From: Guillardia theta CCMP2712
Taxonomy: Eukaryota > Protista > Cryptophyta
Reading direction: 5' to 3'
Length of the DNA: 64,000 nt
Assembly (NCBI RefSeq): GCF_000315625.1
Contig: NW_005434658.1
Coordinates: 401,139 to 465,138 of the forward strand
Positions 12,195 through 24,829 of the stretch are shown here, one piece after another (within the stretch, counting starts at the first letter, position 1; each line of letters begins with the position of its first letter). The position numbers and the translations under genes were made by a program. The notes under the pieces were generated by a model that saw only the letters and a list, made by a program, of their open reading frames with translations, searched no databases and was not told where the DNA came from.

Positions 12195-13775
12195 ATCCTG
12201 AGAGGGATGTGGAATGCCTGCACGACAACTCAATCGCTCATCCGGCACGAGTGCATCCTGGACAAGAGGACGCGGTAATTGCTCTCGAGCGCTGTGATCC
12301 TAACCCATCATGAAAAGTGGGGAGCAACTAGGTTTCTGACATGAAAGCTCGTACGGCAGGACACCAAGTATACGTCTACAATGTACATCTCATCCCAGTT
12401 CGACAAGGCATTTCATCCTCTCCTCGTCTCCCCTGCTCGCCCATGACGCCAGGCTTCCTCTATCTCTTTCCACTTCATTATGTTCAGTCTCCTGCCCTTC
12501 ATCCTCTACCATGAACACTTCTCACCGCGCGGACCCTCCTCCCCGCTCATATCCTTCCATTTGACAGACTCTTGCAGCACTGAGATCGGACACTGACTCG
12601 GGCGACAGTACGGTGACCGGGCCCGGCCCGGGGCCGGTGCCCGGGGGTGGAACTACTTGACTGCTAAGTCTGTCAGTCTTGTTTTGCCCCTGTTCTGGAT
12701 GCTTTTCTGCACTTTTCGATTCTTCAGTCATGCTGCTTGCAGTCACACGGTGTGCTCACTTACTCGACCGTGTTTTGCAACCTCAGTAGGAGAGGTTGTT
12801 AACCTACTACGGTTCGCAACTTACATTTCCAGAAAGGGTCGGGGGCCTCGCCTCGAGAGTGTTGAGAAGGATTCCTGGGCAAGGTCTTTCGCTGTGCCCC
12901 TCGACCCCGCCCATGGGACATTCAAACAGACGGGCTCGTTGGAACTTTACATGCATGACCTCGCGACTCGTTCGAAGCAGTGCTTCCTGCGCTGGGCAAC
13001 CTCATCAGCCCACTGATACAGGGACGGCGATGTGAGATGCTCTGCTGCTATGCTGGGGAGGAGAGACGAAGGCAGTGACTCAGCAACTCGCTGTCTGTTG
13101 CCATGAACAAGATCGCGCACATTTGCATGGAGTACGGAGTTGAAGGTCTAGATGAAGAATCTTTTATCATGCATGCCAGTCGCAGGAAAGGAAATCAAAA
13201 CAACGTCAGAGCACTCAGCGGCAACATCGATACCGACTTTTACAGCACTGCTGCTTTCAACGCAAACAATCGTACCCAACAAACCCAAATCCTCACACCC
13301 ACGTTCCGACTGTCGAAGCCTTACTCGCCGACATGATGCGCGAAAACGAGACACAAGACGGTCACGCAAGCATGTGCACCAAGACGGGATCCTTGCTCTG
13401 CCTCCCCCAAGTCCAAGGTTGACTAGACTTGCCTGTTCACGGGTTCTTGGTTCAAGGCACTGAGGGACAGGGCCGCCTCCCCAAGCCTATCGGATGCGTG
13501 GCAAGGTTGAGCTGGCTGTAAGGTAAGGCGACTCCCCAATCTTCCACAGCGTCATCCCCCCAACAAGTGACTTCTTCGAGCCCCATCCTGTAGCGGGCCC
13601 GTGAGAGAGTGACCGAGTCAGTGCGAGTCGACCGCCGGGCCGTGGGGCATCGAGGCAGAACGCCGCCATCAGGTCGGGCCCGATGAGGGCGGTGAAGCCT
13701 TCCTATTTCACTGCATCACACCCGATTGAATGAACCAGTAGAGACGGAGACGAGATGGCCTCGTTGCGGGGAGCG

Positions 13776-15467
13776 TCAGACCTGCGGGCAAGGGGTGCCG
13801 CCCTCGTTCGATCGCCTCTCTTCCATCTCCAGTCCTCGGAGGAGAAGGTTCAGCCTCTCAAAGGTCCCCATCACCAGCTCGTACTGCCCTCCAGCTGATC
13901 GCGCGGCGTCAGGGTGGTACAACTCGCTCTGGATGCTTTGCAAGGCAGAGGAGACGTGCTTCCAGCCTGCAAACGTCCTCTCAGCCGCCTGCTCTGCCTC
14001 GTGCTCCGCGGCAGCACTATCGTCAGCTACAAGATGCTCTGCACCATTGACCTCTGCATCCATCTCCCTGAGAAGAGCCTCCATGTACTGCTGAGAGTCG
14101 TCGTCGTCTGCGTGCTCGAACTCGCGCACATCCTCCGAGTCAATGTCATGGATCCCGCTCTCGTGGATCGCCGCCATGATGTCCTCCTCTTCCGCACTCG
14201 GGCCGCTGACTGCCGGCTGCAGTCTCGCTTTCTCCTGGTTGGGGAACCTGATGCCAATCTCTGCCTTCTTCAAGCAGTCCAGGATCACCTGCGGGCTGAT
14301 AGCGTCCCATGCCGCCTTCACGAACTGTGCTGCGTCCAGCAAGTGTGCTGGGTGCCCGAACTTCACACCCGCCACCCCTCGCCGCAAAGTCTTGGCAGCC
14401 GCCTTGAGCTTCTGGACTTGGTTCTGGTCCATGGAATGGAAGCTCAGGACCTCCTTGAGGTAGAGGTACTTGTACTTCTTCTTCAGGGCGGAGATGACGC
14501 CCTGATGGAAGTACTCCCTCTGACCTATCCCACTCGGAGGAAAGACGAGGACCCGGACCCGGTCTCGCTCGACGGGCTTCGAGAATCGTCCTTGTGAGTT
14601 GAAGATGAGGAGCAGGACTGAATGGTTCGTCCGCTGCCTCACTGCCGGCATGAAAACTTCCTCATACCACTTCGAGCACACTTCCTGATCCACCCACGCT
14701 CTTCGTTGTGCCAAATACGGGATGGGCCACTGCCTGTGTTGGATGCAGGCTGGCTCGACGGCCCTTCCCACCATGGCGCACGGGATCTTGTGAGAGCCCG
14801 TGGAGTTGGAGCATGCGATTAGCGTCACTCGGTCCTTGGCCTCCCCAGCGCTACCGCCGTCGTCCTCCTGCATGGCGCGGAAGTACCTTGGGAGGAGGCG
14901 AAAGAAGAGTCCCGTCTCGTCCATGATGTACACGTCTTCGGGGGAGTACCCAGAGACTACCTTGTAGAGCCTCTGGAGGTCTTCTCCCTCCTGCACGTCC
15001 TTCCTCTCCGGCTCCCTCACGGCATCGCGCGAAAGAATGTTCTGTAGGTTCCTCCTTCTCCTGAAGTTCGACAACCACTTCCAAGACGCCCTGAACGTCC
15101 CCGCGGCGCCTTGCTGTGCTGCGATCTCCACGGCCTTAGCCTTCACCTGCGCAGCGGACACCTCGATGCCCTTTCTCTGGCACTCCTGTATCCAGTCGAA
15201 GAGCTTGTCCTCCATGGCAGGGAAGGAAGGGTTCGATGCCCGGAAGGTCTTGGCTCTGGTGGAATCGGGCAGGTTCTGAACGCGGTTCCGGATGGCGTCC
15301 TGCTGCTTCAGCGTCTTGATGATGGACACGTGCGACACGCCATACTCCCGCGCGATGGCCCTCTGGCTCTTCCCAGAGGAGCCCTGCAACTTCTCAATGA
15401 TCTCCATCCTCTCCACGTCATTGAGACGGCTCCTCCTCCTCTCCTTCTCGTTCCCTCGGTCGGACAT
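13776..15467 (-). CDS. Pogo/Tigger transposase-derived protein (CENP-B N-terminal HTH + Tc5 HTH + DDE_1-like domain), catalytic triad degenerate
   Basis: SQRAIAREYGVSHVSIIKTLK, EDKLFDWI, FRASWKWLSNFRRR, VYIMDETGLFF, KDRVTL..CSNSTGSHK, Y.AQRRAWVD. Intact, intronless 563 aa ORF. Confidence 0.88.
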   Translation of the reverse strand: MSDRGNEKERRRSRLNDVERMEIIEKLQGSSGKSQRAIAREYGVSHVSIIKTLKQQDAIRNRVQNLPDSTRAKTFRASNPSFPAMEDKLFDWIQECQRKGIEVSAAQVKAKAVEIAAQQGAAGTFRASWKWLSNFRRRRNLQNILSRDAVREPERKDVQEGEDLQRLYKVVSGYSPEDVYIMDETGLFFRLLPRYFRAMQEDDGGSAGEAKDRVTLIACSNSTGSHKIPCAMVGRAVEPACIQHRQWPIPYLAQRRAWVDQEVCSKWYEEVFMPAVRQRTNHSVLLLIFNSQGRFSKPVERDRVRVLVFPPSGIGQREYFHQGVISALKKKYKYLYLKEVLSFHSMDQNQVQKLKAAAKTLRRGVAGVKFGHPAHLLDAAQFVKAAWDAISPQVILDCLKKAEIGIRFPNQEKARLQPAVSGPSAEEEDIMAAIHESGIHDIDSEDVREFEHADDDDSQQYMEALLREMDAEVNGAEHLVADDSAAAEHEAEQAAERTFAGWKHVSSALQSIQSELYHPDAARSAGGQYELVMGTFERLNLLLRGLEMEERRSNEGGTPCPQV

Positions 15468-15833
15468 CTCTCACACTTCACCCGCCTCCTCCGCCCCCGC
15501 TCGAACCCTCCGCTCCTGCTCTCTGCGACTTGTTCTGAACCACGCCCTCCTCTCCACCTTGCCAGGCAGCCTGCCCCTGCCTTGCTTGTTCTTGACCAAC
15601 CTCTGTTTCCCACGTAGCCTCTAACTTCTTGTCTTCTACTCCCCCCCCTTGATGCTACCTCTCTCCCTCCTCTCCTCTCTCCCTCCTCCTCTCCTCACTC
15701 CACCCCTCCTTCCACCTGCTCCGCTCTGCCCTCGCTCTGCCCCGCCATGATATATTCGCAGCCCTTTTTAGCCCGGCTGCCCCCAACGTTCCCCTACCCT
15801 GGCAGCCTTTCCCTGTGACTGGAGCCGTTGACC

Positions 15834-18800
15834 ATGGCGGAGGGGCGAAGCCTGGACTTCCATGCGACGAGCTCGCTGAATCAGGCGCTCATGGCGAAGC
15901 CCGTCTCCTATGCCAAGGACAACCTTGGGAACAGGGAGGCGCTCGACAAGGCGAAGCACAGGACGGAGGTCGCGGACATGGGTTGGAGGGAGCGGAAGGA
16001 GAAGGAGCAGGCGGAGTCAGAGGTGAGGTACCTCACGAAGACAGCATGGCATATTGGCAGCGGGTACAACTATGGCGTCGGATTCACCGACCAACATGGT
16101 TGGAACTCCATCGGGAGCAACCTTGGCGCCTCGCCTCCTCGGCTGTACGAGTATGCCGGGCTGACAGTGAGGGAGTTCACCAAGACGAGCGGGCCGTTCA
16201 TGCAGGATCAGAGGAAGGATGAAAGGATAGGAGACATGCTGGTGAGCAAGCAGGAGAGGCATGAAACAGCGAAGATGAACACATCGAAGAACATCAAGCT
16301 GATCAACGAGTTCCTAGAGCCCTACGTGGTCGAGTACATGAACCGTGTGAAGTACAAGCTGAAGGAGGACGAAGGAGCGATCGAGGAGCTCTTCATGCAG
16401 CTCAACGATGAGTTCCTGACCAGTATCGACATGGCGAAGATCCAGGGGATCTGGGTGGAGTACCAGGAGCACAGCTCTCTGCGGGAGACCTGGATCGCTG
16501 AGTTCGAGGAGCAGACGGAGCAGTTGGAAATTCAGAGGGGAGCCCTGGTGCAGAACGAGCTCAAGTCCCTGGGCATAATCCTGCTTGACATCGCGCATGA
16601 GCTGCGGGGGCCTATAGAGCGCTACCTGGAGGATGAAGCGTACAAGCAGAACCATGTCATCTTGAACAACAGGAGGGCGTATGCTGATATCATCCAGCGG
16701 CTGAGGGTGCACGAGATCGAGAGGGACAAGAAGGCGAGGAGCAGGTGGGAGCTGCGCAAGGTAGCATGGTACGATACTCTCCATGACCGGGCGGTGGCCA
16801 AGTGCAAGGCGACGCTGGAGAGCAAGAACTACTCGCAGCCCAAGAAGCGCGACACGCTGTACGGGGCCCTCAGGTCCCAGCAGACGATCTTGTTCGAGAG
16901 GCGGCTGAACATGTGGATGGACTTGCAAAGCCTTGTCCCTCCCTCCCTCACCGTCGACAAGGCCAAGACCTGGACCGAGCAGCTGCAGTCGCTGGACGCG
17001 GAGCAGGAGCTGGAGATCAAGCAGCGCTGCGGGGCGATCAGGAAGTTCGAGATCGAGCACTTCGAGGAGAGCAGGAAAGTTATCGAGAGCATGAAGAAGG
17101 AGCTGAAGGGATATGCCGAGATGACGGACGCTGAGATGCCCTCGGAGCAGGAGCTGCAGGAGACCTCGGCGGAGTTCGAGGCGTTGATCACCAAGAGGAA
17201 GGAGGTAAAGGGGCTGCTTTCACCGGGGAGATATGGGAGGAGGAACGACGCTGGTTGCGAGCTCCGGTTCCTCAAGACGAGAGTGTGGTGGAGTGCTTGG
17301 CGGGAGGGGAGGAGAGTGAGGAGATGACGTGCAGCTGCTGACATGTTTGCGGCAGCTGGGATTGGAGGCCGTGCGCCAATGTTCGGAGACTCTTGTGCTA
17401 CAGCTGGAGTACGTGAAGACCCCAGGGCTCGAGCTGGGGAGGTTGATCAGCGTAATTGCAAAGATTTGCGAAGATCAGGATGAGAAGGTGAGGAGGGGGG
17501 GGCAGGGGGGGTAGAGGAGAGGAAGTGCTAGTGGATTGGTGGGGGGGAGGAAGAGGAAAGTGAAAGGGAGGTGGTTCAGGACAGGGAAGAGATTGAGGAG
17601 GGGAGGAGAGGGACGAAATCGGGAGGTGGAGAGGAGGAGGGAGGAGGAGACAGTCGAATGTCTCACAGCCGCTGCGCAGGTGAAGCAGATGAGGGTCGGG
17701 CACACGTCGGAGATGGAGAGGCTGAAGGAGGAGAACGCGAGCTCGGAGATCAAGCTGGAGGACGAGTTCGAGTACTGGATGACGCAGATGCGGCAAGATC
17801 AGAGCGCCGAAAGCCTCAAGGAAAAGCTGCCCCTTGCCCTCGATGCCCTCGACAAGATCAAGGGGTGAGAGCACGAGGGGGAGGGAGGGAGGGAGGGGGG
17901 AGGGAGGGAGGGAGGGAGGGAGGGGGACGGGGAGGGGGAGGGGGAAGGGACTCGACGGGTTGGANNNNNNNNNNNNNNNNNNNNNNNNNNNNNNNNNNNN
18001 NNNNNNNNNNNNNNNNNNNNNNNNNNNNNNNNNNNNNNNNNNNNNNNNNNNNNNNNNNNNNNNNGGGGCTCGACGGGTTGGACCTGCCTTTTGTAACTTG
18101 TGCTGCGTGCTTTGAAATGTTGATAGTCAGAGGGAGTTCCTTGCTGCTCCCCTGATATCCTCCTCAACCCAATTTTGTCTCTTTCCCCCTCCTGTTCTCC
18201 TCCTCGCTTCACTGCCCCTCTATGTTGCTCTGGTCCCCTTCCTCCTCCTCCTCCCCCTCCCCCTCCTCCTCCCTCTCCATCCTCCCCCTCCCCCTCCCCC
18301 CTCCTCCTCCACCTAAAATTCGTCTCCCCGACTCCTTCCTGCTGCGTCACAATCTTTCCCCATCCTCTGCCTCCTTCGCTCGCTAGCTGAATCGACTTTT
18401 TCCTCCTCGACGTCCCTCACGCCTGGTCGTGCAGGGAGTATCGGCGGTACTACGAGGCAGGGATGGAAGAGACGAGAAACTTCGAGGAGAAGATGAGAAG
18501 TCAGCTCGAGGAGATCGACGGGCTGATCTTGACGCGACTGGCCCTGTCCAACGAGGTGGTTGAGAAGGAGGAGGAGAAGGAGGAGGAGAAGGAGGAGGGC
18601 GAAAAGGAGGGAGAAGACGACGAATCCTTCCTCCTCGACGATGACGAGGTACATCCCCTCTCACCTGCTGCGTCAAAACCCTTCTCCCCTCCTCACAGCA
18701 TCTCCTGTCCTTCTTTCCCTCCTCTCCCCCCTTCTGCATCTCCTCCCCTTCTCCTCTCGTCCTTCGTCTCCTGCTGCCCTGCATGTTTCTCCCTCCCCTG

Positions 18801-21800
18801 CACATCCTCCCTCGGCTTCCTCCTCCTGCCCTCCCGCTCACTCCCCGCAGGCGGCAGTAGGAGAAGAGTTTGAGTACGTCACACTCGAGTCGAGCAGGAG
18901 GATCTTCGTGCAAGACCGTACCGTCCCCACGCATGCTCACCATGGCGTTGGAATCCTTGAGATCCCGCGCAAGCTGCCGCAGGAGATTGAGGAGGAGGCA
19001 AGGCTGGCGGAGGAGCGAGCGCAGCAGGAGAGGGAGGCAGAGGCAGAAGACCCTGAGCCAGAGGCTCCCAAGCCCGAGGAGGAGGAGGAGGAGGAGGAGG
19101 GCGAAGGAGGCGAGAAGAAGCCCAAGGTGAGGAAAAAACGAATCTGATTGCAGAGAAGGGGGGAGAGGAGAGGAGAGGAGAAGAGAGGAGAGAGAAGGAG
19201 AGGAGAGGAGAGGAGAGAGAAGGAGAGGAGAGGAGAGCAGGTTTCTGATCCTCCTCCTGCTGCAGTTCATCGCGAACGCCATGGAGTCTCCTCTCAACCC
19301 CTTCTCTCCGTGGGGGAACGAGCCTCTGCTCGAGGTCCTCGAGATTCCCGTCGCCTCCATCGTTGCGGTGAGGAGGACGCAGAGGAGGGGCCTGCTGGAG
19401 TACAAGAGCAGGCACGACAACGAAGTAAGACAGGCTCCTTGCTGTTGCCAGCTCCTCTGACACTTCCTCCCTCCTCCCTCCTCCCTCCTCCCTCCTCCCT
19501 CCTCCCTCCTGCCTCCTCGTCCGCCTCGTCCTCCTCTTGCTCTCCCTTCCTTTGCCCACCCCGTCCTCTGTTTCCCCCACGTGCTGGCCTCCTGTCCCTT
19601 GTCAACTCTCCCTTCACCTCACCTCCTCCTCCCCCCCTCCCCCCCCGCTCCCTTCCCCTCCTCTTCCCCTCGTTGCAGGCGTTGAAAGTGACGGACGAGA
19701 CGGTCAAGTCGGAGCAGGAGAACTTGACGGTCGAGCTCGACGAGCGGCTCCGCCGTTGGGCCCCCAGACCCGGGCAGGCGGAAATGGACGTGTACGAGGT
19801 CAGAGACACTCAGCTGATGCAGCACGAAGCCAGGAAGGACCGGCACATCGGCGCGCTCTCGATGCGAGCTGCCGCCCAGCAGGCAAGCCAGCTCTTTCGC
19901 AGCTCGTGGAGGGGCAGGGGACTGACACGTTTCCTCTGCTGCAGACTCAGTTCTCGTCGATGATCGCAGAAGCTGAGAACGCGCTGCTGGAGCATCGGGA
20001 GGCGCAGAGGAACAGGGTGGAGAGCCTGTCGCAGGCTACTAACACCTCCCAGCTCGCCAACTACCAGCGGCTGGCGAAGCTGGAGTACTCGAGCTTCCTG
20101 GAGGCGGCGGGGGAGAGGTTGGAGAGGCTGCGGGGGTTTGCCGGAGAGGCTCTGCAGGGGCTGAAGAAGATGAACAAGCAGTTCTTGGACAGGTGGGGGA
20201 GGAGCAGGGGGAGGAAGACGGGAGGTGGAGGTGGAGGGAGAGAGGGAGGGCGATCTGACGAGCATTTTTCTCAGCTGCCTTGTCTTCGAGGAGCTCGGGG
20301 GCCCAGCGGGCAAGGGAGGGCTCTACAACCCAGAAGAGGTCGCAGCGTACCGCCTGTACCTGGACGAGCTGGACGCGGATGCTGCTGAGCGGCAGCTGGA
20401 GTGGATCAAGTACGGGGAGCAGCTGCTGGAGGGGCACAAGAAGGCTGCTGAGGAGGAGCTGGAGAAGTTCCAGGGGTCGATAGCGCACGTGGAGACGGAC
20501 ATCAGGTTGCTGGAGAGCGTGGACAAGGAGATCAGGACTTGTTCCCTCATGCAGCAGCAAGAGGTACAGCGGTGCGAGGCCAGGATGGAGGCGGTGGAGG
20601 GGAAGCTGGTGGAGCTGGAGGGGCTGTGTGCTGGGGCTCCGCTCTCCCTGTCCGAGAGCTACAAATCTATCAGGCTGGAGGACGAGGAGGAGGAGGAGAA
20701 GTACCAGCAAAGTCCCCTCTCCCTCCGCCTCCTCGTCTGCCTCGAGTCGATTCGCTGGCGGACGCTGCAGATGGTGAGGTACACAGAGTGCCTGCAGTCG
20801 AATATCCAGCTGGAGGAGGTAGAGCTCGTTCCTTCACAGCAGCTGCCCCAGCCCGACGTGCCTGAGGAGCTGAAGGAGCTGATGGAGGAGTCGGAGTACC
20901 TGCAGAAGCTGAAGCCGATCCTCTGGCCCGAGAAGGAGGAAGCGGAGGGCGGGGAGGAGGAGAAGGCAGAGGAGGAGGTTCCGAAGGAGGAGAGCCCAGC
21001 TGAGAGGTACGCGGAGGTGCTGAAGTCGCGGGAGGCAGTGGAGGAATTGGAGGGGACGTTCAAGGAGGCGATCGAGAAGATACAGGAGAGGCAGCGGGAG
21101 GTCCTTCAGCAGCTCGTGTCCAGCTACTTCGAGGAGCTCGGGGACAGAGAGATCACGAGGAAGGCCGGGGCTGCCGCGACGACGAGCGAGCGATACATAC
21201 CCGACAAGCCTGAGGACTTCACGGCCAAGAACGAGGCGAGGCTGACGGAGCTCAAGGAGAGCGCCATGCTAAACATGCAGAAGAAGGTCTGGAAGAGGGA
21301 GAGTAGGAGGGAGGGGGCAAGAAGCAGGGGAGGGAAATACAGAGAAAGACCAAGGGAGGGAGGAGAGGAGGAAGAGGGGAGGAGAGTGCAGGGGAGAGGG
21401 GAGAGAAGGTAAGAGATGAGGCAAGGAAGGAGCAAGGGAGGCGAGGGAGGTCCCGTTGGACCTGTTGGACCTGTTGAGTCTGTTGGCAGGTACGAAGCTT
21501 GAGGTCGATAGTGGCGAGGATCTCAACGGCCATGGGGAAGGTGCCCAACGCCTTCTTCCAGAACATCGCAGAACGTGCAAGGAGGAGGTCGAGGATGCTG
21601 CGGAAGTCGGTGGAGGCGAGATTCGCGGAGGAGAAAGAGAGATGGACGGAGCTGAGGGAGGAGAACAGCGTGAAGCTGAAGCCCTCCCTTGGGAACACCA
21701 ACGCCAGGACGGAGCTCGACGCGCTGTGCGCGGTTGAGGAGGAGAGGCATCGGCGGGCGATGGAGGTCACGGAAGAGAGCATGTTCAAGAGCATCAAGAT

Positions 21801-22873
21801 CGAGTCGGACGAGAGCTGGAGCTTCTTCTGCGAGATCGTGCATGCAACCCGAGCCCTCCTCCTCCTCTACGACACCATCGTTCAGCCCGCAGACCTTGTG
21901 CCGACGGACGAGGACGTCATAGCGGTCCGCAAGAGCCTCCTGAGCAATATGCGGGAGCACGCGAAGATCAAGGAGGGGACGGCGGGCAGGGAGCTGCCGG
22001 AGGGGAAGGCATTTCCTGTCAAGTCCTGGAAGGGGATCCAAGTGGGGGAGTTCGGAGCCAACGCTGTCCTACAGCTGGTGCATGCTATAGAGAGAGACTC
22101 TTCCATCACATCGAAAGGTGACTCTTCCTCCTCCCCTCCCCTCCATCTCCTCCACAATCACCTCCTCCCGCTCTCCCGACACCCTCCTTCGTCATTTCAT
22201 CAACAACATCGTCCTCCGCGTCCGCCTTCCCCACCCCCTTTCCCTTCTTGTCGCCTTCCTTACCCCCTCCCTTGCCCTTGCCCTGCTCTCCCTCTGCTCC
22301 TTGGCGTCTCCTTACCTCGTGGGGCTGCAGAGCTCCTGTCGAAGATCCGCACGGAGCCCGGGGAGGAGCTGCAGGCAAACGACTCCATGAATCATGCCGT
22401 TGCCTTGAAGATGAGGGATCGGAACTACACGCAGTTCCGTCTCTACTTCATCACCCAGGTGAAGAGGGAGGAGAGAGGAGGGAGGAGGAGGTGAGGTAGA
22501 GGAGGACGAGGAGATGAGAAGGGGACAGGAGTTGGAGCATGACTGGGAGGAGAGGAGAGCGGGTTAGAGGGTAAGAGGTGGATAAACAGGAGATGGCGAG
22601 GAGGCGATGATGTGGAAGGGAGTTAGGAGGTAGAATGGTAAACTGGAGCGAGGGAGGATGGAGACCGGAGGGAGCAGACTGGGAAGGTGTAGGGAGTCGA
22701 TCAGGAGAGGGTCCATGGGGGGAGGGAGGAGGGGGGGATCGCCTCGTTGCTTCCTGTGGTAAGGAGGATGGCAGGTGGAGAAGATTCTGCGGGAGTACAG
22801 CTCTGTGACAAGAGAAGAGAAGAGATGGGCGCTCAACTGGTCATCTCTAGTGCAGTCGTTGAAGAACTCATGA
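15834..22873 (+). CDS. CCDC180: CCDC180-like ciliary coiled-coil protein (DUF4455/DUF4456-type); multi-exon, spans an assembly gap
   Basis: ERYLEDEAYKQNHVILNNRRAYA, RW..R...W....HDRAV, WAPRPGQAEMDVYEVR..QL..H, GGLYNPEE, LKPSLGNTNARTELDALC..EEERH, C-terminal EEKRWALNWSSLV. Stop at 22871-22873. Confidence 0.78.
17965..18064. other. Assembly gap (100 N) within an intron of the CCDC180-like gene
   Basis: N run; ctcgacgggttgga is present on both flanks. Confidence 1.
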
Positions 22874-23127
22874 TAGATCGTGAGGAGGAGGATATCATCC
22901 TCTTTCTCTCTGTGTGATACTGATGAAAATCAAAACAAGAACATCGGCAACAGCAGCAGCAGCAGCAGCAAGAACAATACAATCATCAACAACAAACAAC
23001 AACAACAACAAACAACGAAAGACGAAGCATGTTCGTATGAACTTCGAGCTGTCAAAACCACGAGCCATGGCTCTGGCACATCTCTACCTCTTCGCCCCTT
23101 TTACTGCCTCACTCTTTCGGTGCTTTT

Positions 23128-24798
23128 CTAGCGTCCGTTGAATCCACTTCTTGACCTCCCGGCCCTTTGACAGCAGCGGGTCAAAAGTCTGTTGAAACAC
23201 GTCCTTCTGTCCTGACTGCGAGAACCCTGGCATGCAAGCTCGTGAAACCCTTCCAACCTCTCCTCCCCTCGAGACGTACCCAGTAGAAGCATTCCGACTG
23301 CCAGCACCGTGGGAGGGATGACTCTCATCTGAGAAGGGGGGTTAACAGGGCTACAGCAATCCAAGCAACCTGCTTCACCTTGCACCAGAGGGCAACGAGC
23401 ATGTTCTGACTCCCCTCTGCCTCGTCCTCGGGAGAGAGCGCTACCGCTTCGTCAATCTCGTCCTCCTTCGCCGCCTCATCCTCTCCCTCCCGGAGAGGAT
23501 ACGGCATGAAGTAGATGTCGTAGAACTTGATGTCCCCGTACTTAATGAAGAAACGGTTGTTTCCGTCCCGCTGCGATCATGGACCTCTCCGTTAGGGACA
23601 GGTCGACCTTTGGGAGTCACTTACATGGAGTATGCGATGTACCTTGTACTTGGCCGCATCAGTCCCCATCCCCTGCGTCCCGTCACTTGCCCTCCACAAC
23701 AGGAACGGAATCACCTGCTCTCGGATCTGACCATCGAACACTGACCCTCGCGCGCAGTAGAGCATTCGATCCTGCTGCTTGTCCGTGAGGAGGGAGGCCG
23801 TGGCATGACACATCCCCCTCCCATCCATCACTCGGCTCATGGACTCCATGACCTCGCGCATCCCTTGCACAGCCAGGATGCAACCTGCAATCAGGCAGGC
23901 TGTCTCCTGCGCTTCCTCCCCCTTGCCGGCAGCGCTGGACGAGAGGAACTCAAAGTTCGATTCCCTGCAGAGCAGTGAGCGCAAGGGAAGTGGAATAAGG
24001 AGGCAGGAACCCGAGCAGCCTTCGTATCTGGACATGATTGGAATTGTCGGGATCGAAGGCTCGCAAACATCCCAGGATGCAGGAATGGTTGTTATCCTGG
24101 CCTGACTTCGAGCTCGGGTACTTGCTTTGCGCAGTGAGCATGGAGATGTTGACATGCGAAACAACGTCGAAGTTGAACAACTGATAGGACAGAGGATTAC
24201 CCCTGTAGAACTTTGAGCGGAACCTCTCTCCCAGCATGCCCGTGGCTTCCCTGGCTACCGAGGTCTTGAGGAAGCTGCTCTGCATGGAGGAAGATTCGAA
24301 ACACTTAAACTTGGGGTGACTGAGCTCGGAGAAGAAGAGCGTCGAAAACGATTCCCCGCATGAGAATCTTCCCAGGATGGATGCGACGGACGGGCAGGTA
24401 AGATCTGCTGTACACACTGACAAGCCTTCCAAGGAGAGTTGGAGGTCGTCACGAACGATCTCGAAGCCCTTGGTCAGGCAAAGTCGGTCGGTGATCCACT
24501 CTTCTCTATGAATGTGCATGGCGCTCTGCTCCTCCCCGAAGGTGATCGACTCACGAGACCACATGGTCTCCATCCTCTTCCTCGCCATCGAGGGATCGAA
24601 AGCACCCTCACTCCTGCTCGACGATTTTTCTGTTTCCCCTCCCCCCCTTAGAGCCAGTGGTCGGTACAAGCTATGTGACTTCTCAGCTTCCAAGTGACTC
24701 CTTCTCGTCCCTTTGTCTGTATCGACCATTGCGATGAACCTTCCTGTGCATCCTCCCATCAGCATCAGCCCCGCCATCGCCGCACACAGCTTCGCCAT
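23128..24798 (-). CDS. Hypothetical protein with signal peptide and PLALRGG leader; multi-exon, 3' end uncertain
   Basis: MAKLCAAMAGLMLMGGCTG signal-like start, long open first exon, downstream GT-AG spliced exons with host-like codon usage. No recognisable domain. Confidence 0.55.
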
Positions 24799-24829
24799 TC
24801 CTGACCCGCCAATCCCGCCCATCTGAGTT

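Noticed and set aside
12657-13463. Possible spliced gene on the + strand between two GC islands
   Set aside because: Splice-like sites are present, but I could not build a convincing ORF or recognise a domain.
13776-15467. Active DNA transposon
   Set aside because: Two of three catalytic Asp residues are lost and no TIRs or TA duplications were found; treated as a domesticated gene.
17950-18085. Duplicated ctcgacgggttgga flanking the gap as a target-site duplication
   Set aside because: More simply explained by a collapsed tandem repeat or overlapping contig ends.
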